64,000 bases of DNA from an uncultured Nitrospirales bacterium (GCA_964549105.1 CAZJTZ010000014.1:13681-77680); one strand, 5' to 3'; positions 44,977 to 55,533 are shown, numbered from the stretch's first letter. Notes: generated by a model from the sequence alone, not told the origin. Translations and numbers: made by a program.

Positions 44977-47373
44977 TTACTTTGTTATGTCAATCCCGAG
45001 TGCAATGTTCAGCACCTCATTTACATGAGAGACCCAATGAAATTTAATTTTCTTCTGTATAGACATGGGCACTTCTTCAAGGTCATCTTTATTCTTCTGC
45101 GGTAAGACGATTTGTCTAATTCCTGCTCTTGCACCTGCTAATACCTTTTCCTTAATTCCACCCACGGGCAAAACGGTTCCACTTAATGTAATTTCTCCTG
45201 TCATAGCCAGGTCATGTGGGACACATCTTTTTGTTAGTAACGAGGTCAATGCAGTAAGAATAGTGACCCCAGCACTTGGACCATCTTTCGGAACAGCACC
45301 TGATGGAACATGGATATGAATATCGTTGCTTGAGAACATTTCGTTAGAAATATTAAGTCTGGGTGCAATAGAACGCAAATAACTTAATCCTATTTGTGCT
45401 GATTCTTTCATAACATCACCTAATTGTCCTGTAAGTAAAAGGTTGCCTTTCCCGGGCATAGATGTAACCTCAATGAATAAAATATCTCCACCTGTGGGTG
45501 TCCATGCAAGTCCAATCACCACACCCGGAATTTTGGTCCGAGAAATGAAGTCATTGTAAACTTTTTCAGGGCCCAGATATTCTTTAAGATTTTCTTTTGT
45601 GATAATGGCTTTTTCATTATTATTCGAGGCAACCTGTTTTGCCACCCTTCGGCATATATTTGCAATTTCGCGTTCCAGATTACGGACTCCGGACTCTCTT
45701 GTATAGTTTGAAATAATTTTTTCCAGAGCATCTTTTCGAATAGAGACATGTTTTCTTTTAAGCCCATGCGATTCAATCTGACGAGGGATAAGATACCTTT
45801 TTGCAATTTCAACTTTCTCTTCAATGGTGTAACCGGGCAAAGTTAGCACTTCCATACGGTCACGAAGTGCCCAGGGAATAGGTTCCAGGTCATTTGCCGT
45901 AGCAATAAATAACACACGAGACAGGTCAAAAGGAACACCAATGTAATTGTCAACGAAAGAGTGATTTTGTGCTGGGTCTAAAACTTCGAGTAAGGCAGAA
46001 GAAGGGTCTCCTCTAAAATCAGTACCTAATTTATCAATCTCATCCAGCATAAATACTGGATTCTGAGAACTGGCTTTTCGTATTCCCGAGATAATTTTCC
46101 CGGGCATAGCACCAATATAGGTCCTTCTATGCCCTCGAATTTCTGCTTCATCATGAATACCTCCTAAAGCAACTCGAACAAATTTTCTTCCTAAAGCACG
46201 AGCAATAGACTGTCCCAAAGAAGTTTTTCCTACTCCCGGTGGACCTTGAAAACACAAAATAGGACCATGGGTATCAGGTTTCAATTTTCGAACAGCCAGA
46301 TACTCTAAAATCCGTTTCTTTACTTTATCTAATCCATAGTGGTCCTTGTTTAAAATCTGCTCTGCTTCATTTAAATCGAGTCTGTCCTCTGTGAGTATGC
46401 CCCAGGGTAATTCCAATACTGTGTCGAGATATGAAATAATTACATGATATTCAGGAGATTGTTCGTTCATATAAGAGAGGCGATTCAATTCACGAAGCAA
46501 TTCCTTTTTTGTTTCTTCTGTCGCTTTCAATGCCTCAATTTTTTGTTTATATTCACTAATTTCCTGTTCCTGCCCTTCTGTATCTCCCAGTTCTTTCTGA
46601 ATCGCTTTTAACTGCTGTCGCAAGAAAAATTCTTTCTGACTTTTCTCAATAGTTTTTTGAACATCTTCTCTGATTTTTGTAGAAGCCTGAGCAAGTTCTA
46701 CCTGATATTGTAGTCTTTCTGCCAATTTAAGCATACGAGATTTCAAATCGGGCATCTCTAAAATTTCTTGCCGCTCCTCAATTTTCAATCGAATGTTGGT
46801 AGCAACTATTGCAAGGAGAAAAACAGGGTCTTCAATACTGTTCAGAAAAGATGCGGCTCCTTCTGGAACATTAGGATTATTTTTAACTAACTCTTCCATT
46901 TGTGTTTTTATTGCAAGTGCAACAGGCTCAATTTCTTTCATATTGATTTCTGGCTCTTCGATTAATAAAACTTTAACAATGGGGTAGGGTGATTCACGCA
47001 TAATACCGCCAGAAAAAAATCTTCGTGTTGCCTGAATAAGCACATTTAAACTTCCATCAGGTATATTGTGAACCTGGAGAATTCTTCCGATACAACCGAT
47101 GGAGTAAGTGTTATATTGAGATTTTGTTGTTTGATTTTCTTTTTCAGGTTTTGCTGTTAACAGGGCAACAAGGCGATGCGATTTGGATATATCTTCAATT
47201 AACATTTTTTCTGCTGAGGTTGTAATATGTATGGGAATCATTGCCATCGGAAATGCTACAATGTCTTCTAATATCAACAAAGGCAAAGTGTCAGGAATGT
47301 CAAAAGTAGTTGGAACAGGAAGAGTTCCATTTGTTAGACTACTTTGTTCATGATTATCATCTTTATTAAGCAT
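44977..47373 (-). CDS. lon: ATP-dependent Lon protease (endopeptidase La)
   Basis: 798 aa. LON N-domain, Walker A GPPGVGKTS, Walker B VFMLDEIDK, and the protease serine motif PKDGPSAGVTILTAL. The stop lies 5 nt before the polX ATG. Confidence 0.95.
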   Translation of the reverse strand: MLNKDDNHEQSSLTNGTLPVPTTFDIPDTLPLLILEDIVAFPMAMIPIHITTSAEKMLIEDISKSHRLVALLTAKPEKENQTTKSQYNTYSIGCIGRILQVHNIPDGSLNVLIQATRRFFSGGIMRESPYPIVKVLLIEEPEINMKEIEPVALAIKTQMEELVKNNPNVPEGAASFLNSIEDPVFLLAIVATNIRLKIEERQEILEMPDLKSRMLKLAERLQYQVELAQASTKIREDVQKTIEKSQKEFFLRQQLKAIQKELGDTEGQEQEISEYKQKIEALKATEETKKELLRELNRLSYMNEQSPEYHVIISYLDTVLELPWGILTEDRLDLNEAEQILNKDHYGLDKVKKRILEYLAVRKLKPDTHGPILCFQGPPGVGKTSLGQSIARALGRKFVRVALGGIHDEAEIRGHRRTYIGAMPGKIISGIRKASSQNPVFMLDEIDKLGTDFRGDPSSALLEVLDPAQNHSFVDNYIGVPFDLSRVLFIATANDLEPIPWALRDRMEVLTLPGYTIEEKVEIAKRYLIPRQIESHGLKRKHVSIRKDALEKIISNYTRESGVRNLEREIANICRRVAKQVASNNNEKAIITKENLKEYLGPEKVYNDFISRTKIPGVVIGLAWTPTGGDILFIEVTSMPGKGNLLLTGQLGDVMKESAQIGLSYLRSIAPRLNISNEMFSSNDIHIHVPSGAVPKDGPSAGVTILTALTSLLTKRCVPHDLAMTGEITLSGTVLPVGGIKEKVLAGARAGIRQIVLPQKNKDDLEEVPMSIQKKIKFHWVSHVNEVLNIALGIDITK

Positions 47374-47589
47374 ACGAAAATCCTCACTCCTAATTTAAAA
47401 GACTTCTAATCACTTAGATTTAAGGATAAAATTATAACATAGGAGAGGAATAAAATTTAAAGGTTTTGGGTAATAAGTATTCTTAAAAGAAATAGTATTC
47501 AGGAATAGTATTCGAAGTTATACCATAAAATTTGATAAACTACATCATATTTTTAGATATTAAATACTAAAACCAATAGGAATAATAAT

Positions 47590-49206
47590 ATGGCAAATCG
47601 AAATAGTAAGTATGAACTTTTATCTATTTTTATTTTTCTGTTAGCAATTATAGCCCTTTTAACCAATGGCTTTGCACCTAAAATATCTGCTCAAAGCAAT
47701 AAAACAGACATATATCAGGCAATTGAACCAATTGGACATACTTTACAAACAATACTGGATGAATATGTAAAAGAAGTTGACATTAATAAAATTGTAGAGG
47801 GCGCTTTAGTAGGAATGATGAGCAGTCTTGACCGGCATAGTTCTTATGTAAGTTCATCTGACCTAAAAACACTGCGTGATGATACACAGGGAGAGTTCGA
47901 GGGAATTGGAGTCTCGATAAAAATGGATGATAATCAAAATGTAATTGTTTTTATGCCTATACCTAATTCTCCTGCAATAAATGCCGGGTTAAAACCCTTT
48001 GATGTTATTCGAAAGATTGATGATGTACCTGTGGAGCAACTCTGGAAACCGGGTATGTCAGAACAGGAAAAATTAAGTGCAGCCGCGGAAAAAATTCGTG
48101 GGCCTATTGGCACAAAAGTCAAATTAACCATCGAAAGACCTCATTCGGATAAGGATAGTGAGACTTTTGATGTTATGGTTGAACGAGCAAAAGTGCCTTT
48201 GGAAAGTATAAAAGAAAATAGAATCCTTCCTTCTGGTTATGGCTATTTACGAATTTCTGACTTTAAAGAGAATACTGCAAACGATTTGAAAAAGGCAGTG
48301 AAAGAGATGTTGGATAAAGGTATTAAAGGCCTCATTTTAGATTTAAGATGGAATCCCGGTGGATTATTAACGGCATCACAGCAAGTCTGTGAACTTTTCC
48401 TTCCCAAAGATTCACTGGTAACATATACTCGAAGTAGAGGGCAATTGACCCAGGAAAATGGTAAAGATTTAGAGTTAAAAACCAAGAATAAACCTATCTT
48501 GCCTTTAAATATGCCAATGATACTTCTTGTAAATGACCAGACGGCAAGTTCTTCTGAAATTGTAACAGGTGCATTACAATATCACCAGAGAGCACTTATT
48601 GTTGGAGAGAAAACTTATGGAAAGGGAAGTGTCCAAACGATTATCCCATTGCCTCCAAAGAATGAAACAGCACTAAGATTAACAACTGCTCTTTACTATA
48701 CACCCGCAGGCGTAACGATAGACCACCAGGGTATATTGCCAGATATTGAAGTTGTTACGACAGACGAAGAAGAACGGTTGTTAGCTTTACAGATGTATAA
48801 ATCTTATGAAAAAGACCCATCGAAAATAAATGAACAGAATCATGGAACTGTTACCGGGAATGAGATGATTCGGGTTCCTCAGGAGAAAATTCAGGAACAA
48901 GAACAATTACTACATGAAATTGGTAAAACGGCAGGAGAGGATGCAGTTAAACTAATGAAAGAATTTTTCCGCAGGAAGAACGCATCTGAAGAAACGATTG
49001 AAGACATACAACTTCAAAAAGCAGTAGAAGTATTTCAGGAAGAACCTGTATGGGAAAATCTGATAAAGAAATATCACAAGGATGTAAAAGAAACACAAAA
49101 AGAAGCAAAGGAAAATGAAACAGGGGAAGAGGAAGATGCAATTAAGAGAAGATTGCTCGAAATAGAATTGCAGAACAATACGCCACCGATTCCCTCTTTA
49201 CCATAA
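47590..49206 (+). CDS. S41-family C-terminal processing peptidase with PDZ domain
   Basis: 538 aa. Signal anchor; PDZ segment (GIGVSIKMDDNQNVIVFMPIPNSPAINAGLKPFDVI); LILDLRWNPGGLL; catalytic Ser region NDQTASSSEIVTGAL; Lys region KTYGKGSVQT. Long acidic C-terminal extension. Confidence 0.88.
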   Translation: MANRNSKYELLSIFIFLLAIIALLTNGFAPKISAQSNKTDIYQAIEPIGHTLQTILDEYVKEVDINKIVEGALVGMMSSLDRHSSYVSSSDLKTLRDDTQGEFEGIGVSIKMDDNQNVIVFMPIPNSPAINAGLKPFDVIRKIDDVPVEQLWKPGMSEQEKLSAAAEKIRGPIGTKVKLTIERPHSDKDSETFDVMVERAKVPLESIKENRILPSGYGYLRISDFKENTANDLKKAVKEMLDKGIKGLILDLRWNPGGLLTASQQVCELFLPKDSLVTYTRSRGQLTQENGKDLELKTKNKPILPLNMPMILLVNDQTASSSEIVTGALQYHQRALIVGEKTYGKGSVQTIIPLPPKNETALRLTTALYYTPAGVTIDHQGILPDIEVVTTDEEERLLALQMYKSYEKDPSKINEQNHGTVTGNEMIRVPQEKIQEQEQLLHEIGKTAGEDAVKLMKEFFRRKNASEETIEDIQLQKAVEVFQEEPVWENLIKKYHKDVKETQKEAKENETGEEEDAIKRRLLEIELQNNTPPIPSLP

Positions 49207-49321
49207 CTTTATCTTATTCAATTTGTGTCATATTTTTTAAAACTTATTAGTAAGTATTGAAATGTCCCAAAAGTTTGTTTATTATCCCTTTGACTTACAA
49301 AGGTTGAGGAAAATAACGAAT

Positions 49322-50038
49322 ATGCAGAGGTCTTATAATCGAGCCAATAACGAACTTCGCCCTATTACAATTGAGAAAAATTATACAAAGTATGCACATG
49401 GCTCCGTTTTAGTTTCCTTTGGAGATACAAAAGTAATATGTACTGCATTTGTGGAGAATAGGCTGCCTTCCTGGCTAAGAGATTCAGGACAAGGATGGAT
49501 TACTGCTGAATATGGTATGCTTCCAGGAGCAACTTCTCAAAGAGGGGATAGGGAATCCATTCGGAAAGGAAGGTCTCAGGAAATCAGTCGGTTGATTGGT
49601 AGAAGTTTGAGAGCCGTTTTTGACCTTAGTCAAATGGGTGAATGTCAGGTAACAGTGGATTGTGATGTAATCCAGGCAGATGGTGGAACAAGAACAGCAT
49701 CCATAACAGGTAGTTTTGTTGCTGTTTATGAAGCATTAAAATCCTCAGTAGATAAAGGCTTTTTGAAAAAAATCCCAGTAATAGATTTATGTGCTGCTGT
49801 TAGTGTCGGTTGGGTTAATAATGAATACTTGTTGGATTTGGACTACAATGAAGATACCCAGGCAGTAGTGGATATGAATGTAGTAATGAATTCTAAAAAA
49901 GAATTAATTGAAATTCAAGGTTGTGGTGAACATGGGGTATTTACCCGCGAACAATTGAACCAGTTTATTGACCTTGCTGAATATGGCATTCAGCAAATTA
50001 TTGAAATACAAAAAAAGGTAATGGATTGGAATGAATAA
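49322..50038 (+). CDS. rph: ribonuclease PH
   Basis: Track ORF 49262..50038 trimmed to ATG 49322 (MQRSYNRANNELRPITIEKNYTKYAHGSVLVSFGDTKV...). Also WITAEYGMLPGAT, the GRSQEISRLIGRSLRA phosphate-binding motif, and DCDVIQADGGTRTASITG. Confidence 0.92.
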   Translation: MQRSYNRANNELRPITIEKNYTKYAHGSVLVSFGDTKVICTAFVENRLPSWLRDSGQGWITAEYGMLPGATSQRGDRESIRKGRSQEISRLIGRSLRAVFDLSQMGECQVTVDCDVIQADGGTRTASITGSFVAVYEALKSSVDKGFLKKIPVIDLCAAVSVGWVNNEYLLDLDYNEDTQAVVDMNVVMNSKKELIEIQGCGEHGVFTREQLNQFIDLAEYGIQQIIEIQKKVMDWNE

Positions 50039-50654
50039 TAAAAAAATCCTTGTTCTCGCAACAGGCAACCAAAACAAATATCATGAAATTAAAGAGATTA
50101 TGGATATACCTGATTGGGAGATAAAATTCTTAAAAGATTTTCCAAACACTATTATTCCCGAAGAAACAGGTTCAACTTACGAAGAAAATGCACATATAAA
50201 AGCTAAAACTTGCGCGGACAAACTCCAATTACCATCGCTGGCAGATGATTCCGGATTAGAGGTAAATGCTCTTGACAGAAGACCCGGAGTCTATTCTTCA
50301 AGATATGGAGGTGTAGAAGGAGATTCAGAAAAAAATATTCAAAAATTATTACAAGAGATGGAAGGAATTCCCTGGCACGAAAGAACTGCACGGTTCGTTT
50401 GTTGCGCTATGTTTGTCCTGCCTGATGGCTTTTGCCATTGTGAATGGGGAGAAATCAAAGGACATATCTCAATCCAACCGTACGGAGAACAGGGCTTTGG
50501 CTACGACCCTGTTTTTGTCCCATTAGGTTATGAAAACACCTTTGCTGAGTTTTCAGCAAAAGAAAAAAATAAAATCAGTCATCGTGCATTGGCATTTCAA
50601 AAAATGGCAAAGTTCTTGAGGCGTTTCGACTATGAAAATAGTTTTTCCCAATGA
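50031..50654 (+). CDS. rdgB: non-canonical purine NTP pyrophosphatase (RdgB/HAM1 family)
   Basis: 207 aa. Family-typical stretches: ILVLATGNQNKYHEIKEI, PEETGSTYEENAHIKA, ADDSGLEV, GVYSSRY, GFGYDPVF, FAEFSAKEKNKISHRALA. Confidence 0.9.
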   Translation: MNNKKILVLATGNQNKYHEIKEIMDIPDWEIKFLKDFPNTIIPEETGSTYEENAHIKAKTCADKLQLPSLADDSGLEVNALDRRPGVYSSRYGGVEGDSEKNIQKLLQEMEGIPWHERTARFVCCAMFVLPDGFCHCEWGEIKGHISIQPYGEQGFGYDPVFVPLGYENTFAEFSAKEKNKISHRALAFQKMAKFLRRFDYENSFSQ

Positions 50655-51237
50655 AGAAGGGATACAGCAATCTGTCAAAGCATTGGAAAACAACGAAGTT
50701 GTTGCCTATCCGACCGAAACAGTCTATGGACTTGCTGTAAATCCTTTTTCTGAATCCGCTATAGAAAAACTATTCAAAATCAAAGGGCGACCTGAGGACA
50801 AACCAGTGCTTTTGATAATAGGGGAATTAAAACAATTAGATGAACTTGTCGTTTCTATTTCCGATAATGCCCAAATATGTATAAATGAGTTTTGGCCTGG
50901 ACCCCTTTCCTTATTACTTCCATGCAATTCAAAAATATCCCAAAAACTCACTGGAAAAGAAGGGAAAATTTGTGTTCGTTGGACCTCCCATCCTATAGCC
51001 CAAAAATTGTCATTGAAATTTGGACATGCTATTACCTCCACCTCAGCCAATCGAACGAGTGAACCACCTGCAACATCTGTTTCGGAACTTTCAATAGAGG
51101 GCATTTCCATAGCCATAGAAAGTAAATTACCAACAAGGTCAGAAGTATCTACAATATTTGACCCTGATACACGAGAGATAATTCGTGAAGGAATTATAAA
51201 AAGAAAAAAATTGGAAGAAATCTTAGAAAAAAATTAA
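50632..51237 (+). CDS. tsaC: L-threonylcarbamoyladenylate synthase (TsaC/YrdC family)
   Basis: 201 aa. Family-typical stretches: VVAYPTETVYGLAVNPF, IKGRPEDKPVLLII, WPGPLSLLL, TSTSANRTSEPP. Confidence 0.88.
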   Translation: MKIVFPNEEGIQQSVKALENNEVVAYPTETVYGLAVNPFSESAIEKLFKIKGRPEDKPVLLIIGELKQLDELVVSISDNAQICINEFWPGPLSLLLPCNSKISQKLTGKEGKICVRWTSHPIAQKLSLKFGHAITSTSANRTSEPPATSVSELSIEGISIAIESKLPTRSEVSTIFDPDTREIIREGIIKRKKLEEILEKN

Positions 51238-51253
51238 GTTAGAAAGGGAAAAA

Positions 51254-51718
51254 ATGAAGATTGGAATCGGTTGTGACCATGCAGGATATGAAGGACCTCC
51301 GCCTTTATATAAACCCACTATTGTTGAATATCTTAATAACAAAGGAATGAAAGTTGTTGACTATGGAACTTTTAGTGCAGATTCTGTTGATTATCCCGAT
51401 TTTGCTAAAGCCTTATGTGAAGGAATGCTGAAAGGCGAGATAGAAAGAGGCATACTTATCTGCGGAACAGGCCTCGGTGTTTCCATGAGTGCGAATCGTT
51501 TTCGTGGAATTAGAGCCACAGTTTGTACTACACCCTTAATGGCTGAATTGGCACGCACTCATAATAACTCTAATGTCCTATGTTTAGGAAGAAGAATATT
51601 AAGTATTGGAGAATGCTTAGAACTTATTGATATATGGTTAAATACACCCTTCTCTGGTGAAGAAAGACATCAGCGAAGGCTTGATAAATTAGATAAATTA
51701 GGAGATTTCACATGTTAA
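51254..51718 (+). CDS. rpiB: ribose-5-phosphate isomerase B (RpiB/LacA/LacB family)
   Basis: 154 aa. Family-typical stretches: [59 protein letters not shown], and [12 protein letters not shown]. Confidence 0.88.
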   Translation: MKIGIGCDHAGYEGPPPLYKPTIVEYLNNKGMKVVDYGTFSADSVDYPDFAKALCEGMLKGEIERGILICGTGLGVSMSANRFRGIRATVCTTPLMAELARTHNNSNVLCLGRRILSIGECLELIDIWLNTPFSGEERHQRRLDKLDKLGDFTC

Positions 51719-53106
51719 GAGAAGAAGAATTTATACCCAAAAAGATAGTTGAAGAATTAGATAAATACATTGTTGGCCAGGATGAAGCAAAAAAGAAAGT
51801 TGCAATAGCCCTTAGAAATCGTTGGCGAAGGCAAAGAATAGGTTCTGAACTAAAAGATGACATTATCCCTAAAAATATAATTATGATAGGACCTACCGGA
51901 GTCGGAAAAACGGAAATAGCGCGTCGTTTGGCTCGTCTTGTAAATGCACCTTTTATTAAAGTAGAAGCCTCCCGATTTACAGAGGTTGGTTATGTGGGTA
52001 GAGATTGTGAATCTATGATAAGAGAATTAGTTGATGTTTCAGTTAATATGGTAAAAGAAGAAATAAAATCACAGAAAAGAGAAGAAGCTCAGAAAATTGC
52101 AGAAGAAAGATTACTCGAACTCCTTTTACCCAAACAACCAAGAACAAATAAAGAATATAGACCCTTCGACCCTTCACAAGAAGATGAAAAACCTGTTGAA
52201 ACAACACAAGAATATACATTTCACAAGGCTAAAGAAATATTGAAAGAACGGTTAAGAGAAGGGTTACTTGAAGATAAGGAAATAGAGATAGAGGTGAAAG
52301 ACTCAAAAGGAATGCCCTTAATGCAAGTTTTTTCTGGGTCTAGTATGGAAGAGATGGAAATTACACTACAAGAAATGTTTGGAAAAATTATGCCCCAATC
52401 TCCAAAAAAACGAAAGGTAAAAATAAGTGAAGCAAGAAAACTTTTAGAGGCAGAGATATTACAGGACTTAATTGATTTAGAACAAGTAACTGTTGAGGCT
52501 ATCAACCGGGTTCAAAATTTGGGTATTATCTTTCTAGATGAAATAGATAAAATTGCTTCCCATGGCTCACCTACCAACGGTCCCGATGTATCAAGGGAAG
52601 GGGTGCAGAGAGATATACTGCCTATTGTAGAGGGTAGCACTGTGATAACAAAATACGGTCCTGTCCAGACAGACCACATCCTGTTTATTGCTGCGGGTGC
52701 TTTTCACATGACAAAAGTTTCTGACCTAATCCCCGAACTTCAAGGAAGATTTCCTATTCGCGTAGAACTAAAAAGCCTGAATAAAGAAGACTTCAAAAGA
52801 ATTTTAACAGAACCAAAAAATTCTTTAATTCGACAATATACCGAATTAGTGGGAACAGAACAAATAGAAATTAAGTTTTCAGATGATGCAGTTGAATCTA
52901 TGGCAGAATTTTGTGAAAAGATTAATCAAGATACAGAAGACATCGGTGCCCGAAGATTATATACAATTATGGAGGTTGTCCTTGAAGATATAATGTTCGA
53001 TGTTCAGCATTATCAAAATCAAGAAATACAAATTAATAAAAATGTGGTAGAAAATAAATTGCAAACTATATTAGAGAACAGAGATTTAACTAAATATATC
53101 TTATAG
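51712..53106 (+). CDS. hslU: ATP-dependent protease ATPase subunit HslU
   Basis: 464 aa. Family-typical stretches: [29 protein letters not shown], Walker [22 protein letters not shown], Walker [46 protein letters not shown], and GARRL. Overlaps rpiB by 7 nt. No hslV in the window. Confidence 0.93.
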   Translation: MLREEEFIPKKIVEELDKYIVGQDEAKKKVAIALRNRWRRQRIGSELKDDIIPKNIIMIGPTGVGKTEIARRLARLVNAPFIKVEASRFTEVGYVGRDCESMIRELVDVSVNMVKEEIKSQKREEAQKIAEERLLELLLPKQPRTNKEYRPFDPSQEDEKPVETTQEYTFHKAKEILKERLREGLLEDKEIEIEVKDSKGMPLMQVFSGSSMEEMEITLQEMFGKIMPQSPKKRKVKISEARKLLEAEILQDLIDLEQVTVEAINRVQNLGIIFLDEIDKIASHGSPTNGPDVSREGVQRDILPIVEGSTVITKYGPVQTDHILFIAAGAFHMTKVSDLIPELQGRFPIRVELKSLNKEDFKRILTEPKNSLIRQYTELVGTEQIEIKFSDDAVESMAEFCEKINQDTEDIGARRLYTIMEVVLEDIMFDVQHYQNQEIQINKNVVENKLQTILENRDLTKYIL

Positions 53107-53144
53107 TAAACTTATAAATTTTAAGAAGAGGGTGTTAAGGAAGG

Positions 53145-53825
53145 TTGCTTCATTTTGAACAGATAGAAAGATTAGGATTAATATATGCCGGTATTATAAG
53201 AAAGGAGGACTGGAGTAAGAGTCTATTAACCAATAACTCAACAGAATCAATAAAATATGTTCTCAATTCAAATAACATTTATCCAGAAATAATATATAAG
53301 GTTAACCAGAAACATTCCGATGATATCTGCATTGTCGAAGATAAGTATCAAGGGACAGCAATTGCCGATGGAATCATTACTCAAATCCCGGGAATTGCTT
53401 TATGTATTTCGGTAGCAGACTGTGTTCCTATTTTCCTTTTTGACCCAAACAAAACCACATTAGGAATCATTCATGCGGGAAGAGAAGGAACGAGAAAACA
53501 TATTATAGTTAAAGCAGTAAACATATTTATCAACAAATTTAACTCAAATCTTGATGATATTATCTCAATAATAGGTCCATCAATCGGTCCCTGTTGTTAT
53601 CATCTACCGGACGAACTATTATATCTTTGCTCCAGAGACGGTTTAGTAATAACCGATAAAAACACTGTAGATTTATGGCAATCAAACAAAAAACAATTAT
53701 TAGACAGTGGAGTAAAAGAGAGTAAAATATTCATTTCGGAAGAGTGTACTCATTGTTCAAATCATTATTACTCCTATCGTAAAGGGGATAAACAATTAAG
53801 GAATTATGCAGTCGGAATAATTTAA
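53145..53825 (+). CDS. pgeF: YfiH/PgeF-family (DUF152, laccase-domain) peptidoglycan editing factor / purine nucleoside phosphorylase
   Basis: 226 aa. TTG start preceded by AAGGAAGG. Family-typical stretches: VNQKHSDDI, ADGIIT, VADCVPIFLFDP, IHAGREGT, GPSIGPCCY, CTHCSNHYYSYRK. Confidence 0.85.
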   Translation: MLHFEQIERLGLIYAGIIRKEDWSKSLLTNNSTESIKYVLNSNNIYPEIIYKVNQKHSDDICIVEDKYQGTAIADGIITQIPGIALCISVADCVPIFLFDPNKTTLGIIHAGREGTRKHIIVKAVNIFINKFNSNLDDIISIIGPSIGPCCYHLPDELLYLCSRDGLVITDKNTVDLWQSNKKQLLDSGVKESKIFISEECTHCSNHYYSYRKGDKQLRNYAVGII

Positions 53826-53882
53826 ATTTATTGAAAGAATAAGTCCTCTTGTGTTAAACTAATTACCTATTAGAATAATAAT

Positions 53883-53910
53883 AGAGTGGGTGCAAACCCA
53901 CTCTTTCTTA
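53883..53910 (+). terminator. Rho-independent terminator after pgeF
   Basis: Perfect 8-bp GC-containing stem AGAGTGGG (53883-53890) / CCCACTCT (53897-53904) with a 6-nt loop, followed by TTCTTATT. About 60 nt after the pgeF stop and before rimP. Confidence 0.7.
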
Positions 53911-53939
53911 TTATAAACACATAAAATTGGGAACAATAG

Positions 53940-54398
53940 GTGTTTGCAAAAGAAAGAATAAATAAGTTGTGGATGCTATTAGAACCCTATGTAATGGAGC
54001 AAGGTTTTGAACTTATTGAATTAGAGTTCGGAACTTATGGACGTTCTCCCGTTTTGCGTGTTTTTATTGAAAGTCCTTCGCACCCTGTAACTTTAGATGA
54101 TTGTGCTGCTGTTTCGAGTGTATTAAGCAATGTGCTGGATACCGTTGAAATGAAAGAAGAAACATACATGCTTGAAGTGTCCTCTCCGGGTTTTGACCGT
54201 CCCATTCGGAAAGAAAAGGACTTTATTCGTTTCTCAGGAGAGCCTGTTCGAATTCAAACAGATATGCCTGTTAATGGCAAAAAAAATTTTAAAGGAGTAT
54301 TACAGGGCATTGAAAACGAGATGATACTTGTAAATGTTAATGGCGAAATATTTCGGATTCACCTACAGAATCTTAAACATGTGAATCTCATTCGGTGA
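53940..54398 (+). CDS. rimP: ribosome maturation factor RimP
   Basis: 152 aa. GTG start (alternative ATG at 53970). Family-typical stretches: ...LEPYVMEQGFELIELEF...VLRVFIE.......LDDCAAVS..LS..LD, YMLEVSSPGFDRPI. First gene of the nusA-infB cluster. Confidence 0.85.
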   Translation: MFAKERINKLWMLLEPYVMEQGFELIELEFGTYGRSPVLRVFIESPSHPVTLDDCAAVSSVLSNVLDTVEMKEETYMLEVSSPGFDRPIRKEKDFIRFSGEPVRIQTDMPVNGKKNFKGVLQGIENEMILVNVNGEIFRIHLQNLKHVNLIR

Positions 54399-54425
54399 AG
54401 AAGAAAAAGAAAAGGAGAAAGACTT

Positions 54426-55493
54426 TTGAACCAGGAATTAAAAATAATACTCGACCAATTAGAATTAGAAAAAAATATTGACCGCAATGCGCTTTTAGAA
54501 GCAATTAGAAGTGCCATAGAAGCCGCGGCGAAAAAGGAGATTGGGCAAAAGTCTAAAGTAGTTGTTGAACTTGACTCAGATACCCTCGAATTTAAAGTCT
54601 TTGAAATTAGAACCGTAGCAGAAGTAATAGAAGAACCTGTTACTCAAATTTCTCTTGATGAAGCCCTTAAACTAAATCCAGACGCTACCATAGGAAACCT
54701 TTTAAAGGTTCCAGTAGAAATCTCGGGTTTTAGGAGAATTGCGGCACAGTCAGCAAAAAATGTAATTATTCAAAAAATAAAAGAAGCAGAAAAAGAGCAA
54801 ATATACGCAGAATTTAAACAGAGAGAAGGAGACCTTGTTACTGGTTCTGTAAAAAAAATCAATAAAGGGGATATTATCGTCACTTTAGGAAAAGCAGAGG
54901 CGATACTTCCTGCCAAAGAGCAAACGCCGGGTGAAATCTATCGTCCGAACGATAGAATTAAGGCTTATGTCTTAAAAGTAGAAAGAAAAGACAAAAACCA
55001 AAAGGGACCTGTAATCGTTTTATCAAGAGCAACTCCAAATTTAGTTCGTGCCCTTTTTGAGAATGAAGTTCCTGAGATATATGAAGGTATCGTAGAAATA
55101 AAAGCAGTAGCACGAGACCCCGGAAAAAGAAGCAAAATCGCTGTAATATCTCACGACTCTACTGTTGACCCTATTGGAGCATGTGTTGGACTAAAAGGAG
55201 CAAGAGTTCGTGCCGTTGTAGAAGAACTCGGTGGTGAAAAAATAGATATTATCGAGTGGAGTGACAATCCCGCAGAACTATGCACACGCGCACTCAGTCC
55301 TGCAGATATTCTAGAAGTTTCAATAAATAAAGAAAAAAAATTAATACTTGTTGTAGTTCCCCATGACCAATTGTCCCTGGCAATAGGAAAGCAGGGACAA
55401 AATGCAAGGTTGGCTTCGCGAATCATAGGTTGGAATATAGATATAAAGGCGGAGCAAGTTCCAAATCAAGAAAATGCTGTAGAAAATAAGTAA
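54426..55493 (+). CDS. nusA: transcription termination/antitermination factor NusA (short form, no C-terminal acidic repeats)
   Basis: 355 aa. TTG start preceded by AAGGAG. MNQELKIILDQLELEKNIDRNALLEAI; S1 domain (GDLVTGSVKKINKGDIIVTLGKAEAILP); KH domains (RDPGKRSKIAV, PIGACVGLKGARV, LSLAIGKQGQNARLAS). Confidence 0.93.
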   Translation: MNQELKIILDQLELEKNIDRNALLEAIRSAIEAAAKKEIGQKSKVVVELDSDTLEFKVFEIRTVAEVIEEPVTQISLDEALKLNPDATIGNLLKVPVEISGFRRIAAQSAKNVIIQKIKEAEKEQIYAEFKQREGDLVTGSVKKINKGDIIVTLGKAEAILPAKEQTPGEIYRPNDRIKAYVLKVERKDKNQKGPVIVLSRATPNLVRALFENEVPEIYEGIVEIKAVARDPGKRSKIAVISHDSTVDPIGACVGLKGARVRAVVEELGGEKIDIIEWSDNPAELCTRALSPADILEVSINKEKKLILVVVPHDQLSLAIGKQGQNARLASRIIGWNIDIKAEQVPNQENAVENK

Positions 55494-55533
55494 ATAAGTA
55501 AGGTGGGGACTTTGTTCCCGGAGGTTTATATTA

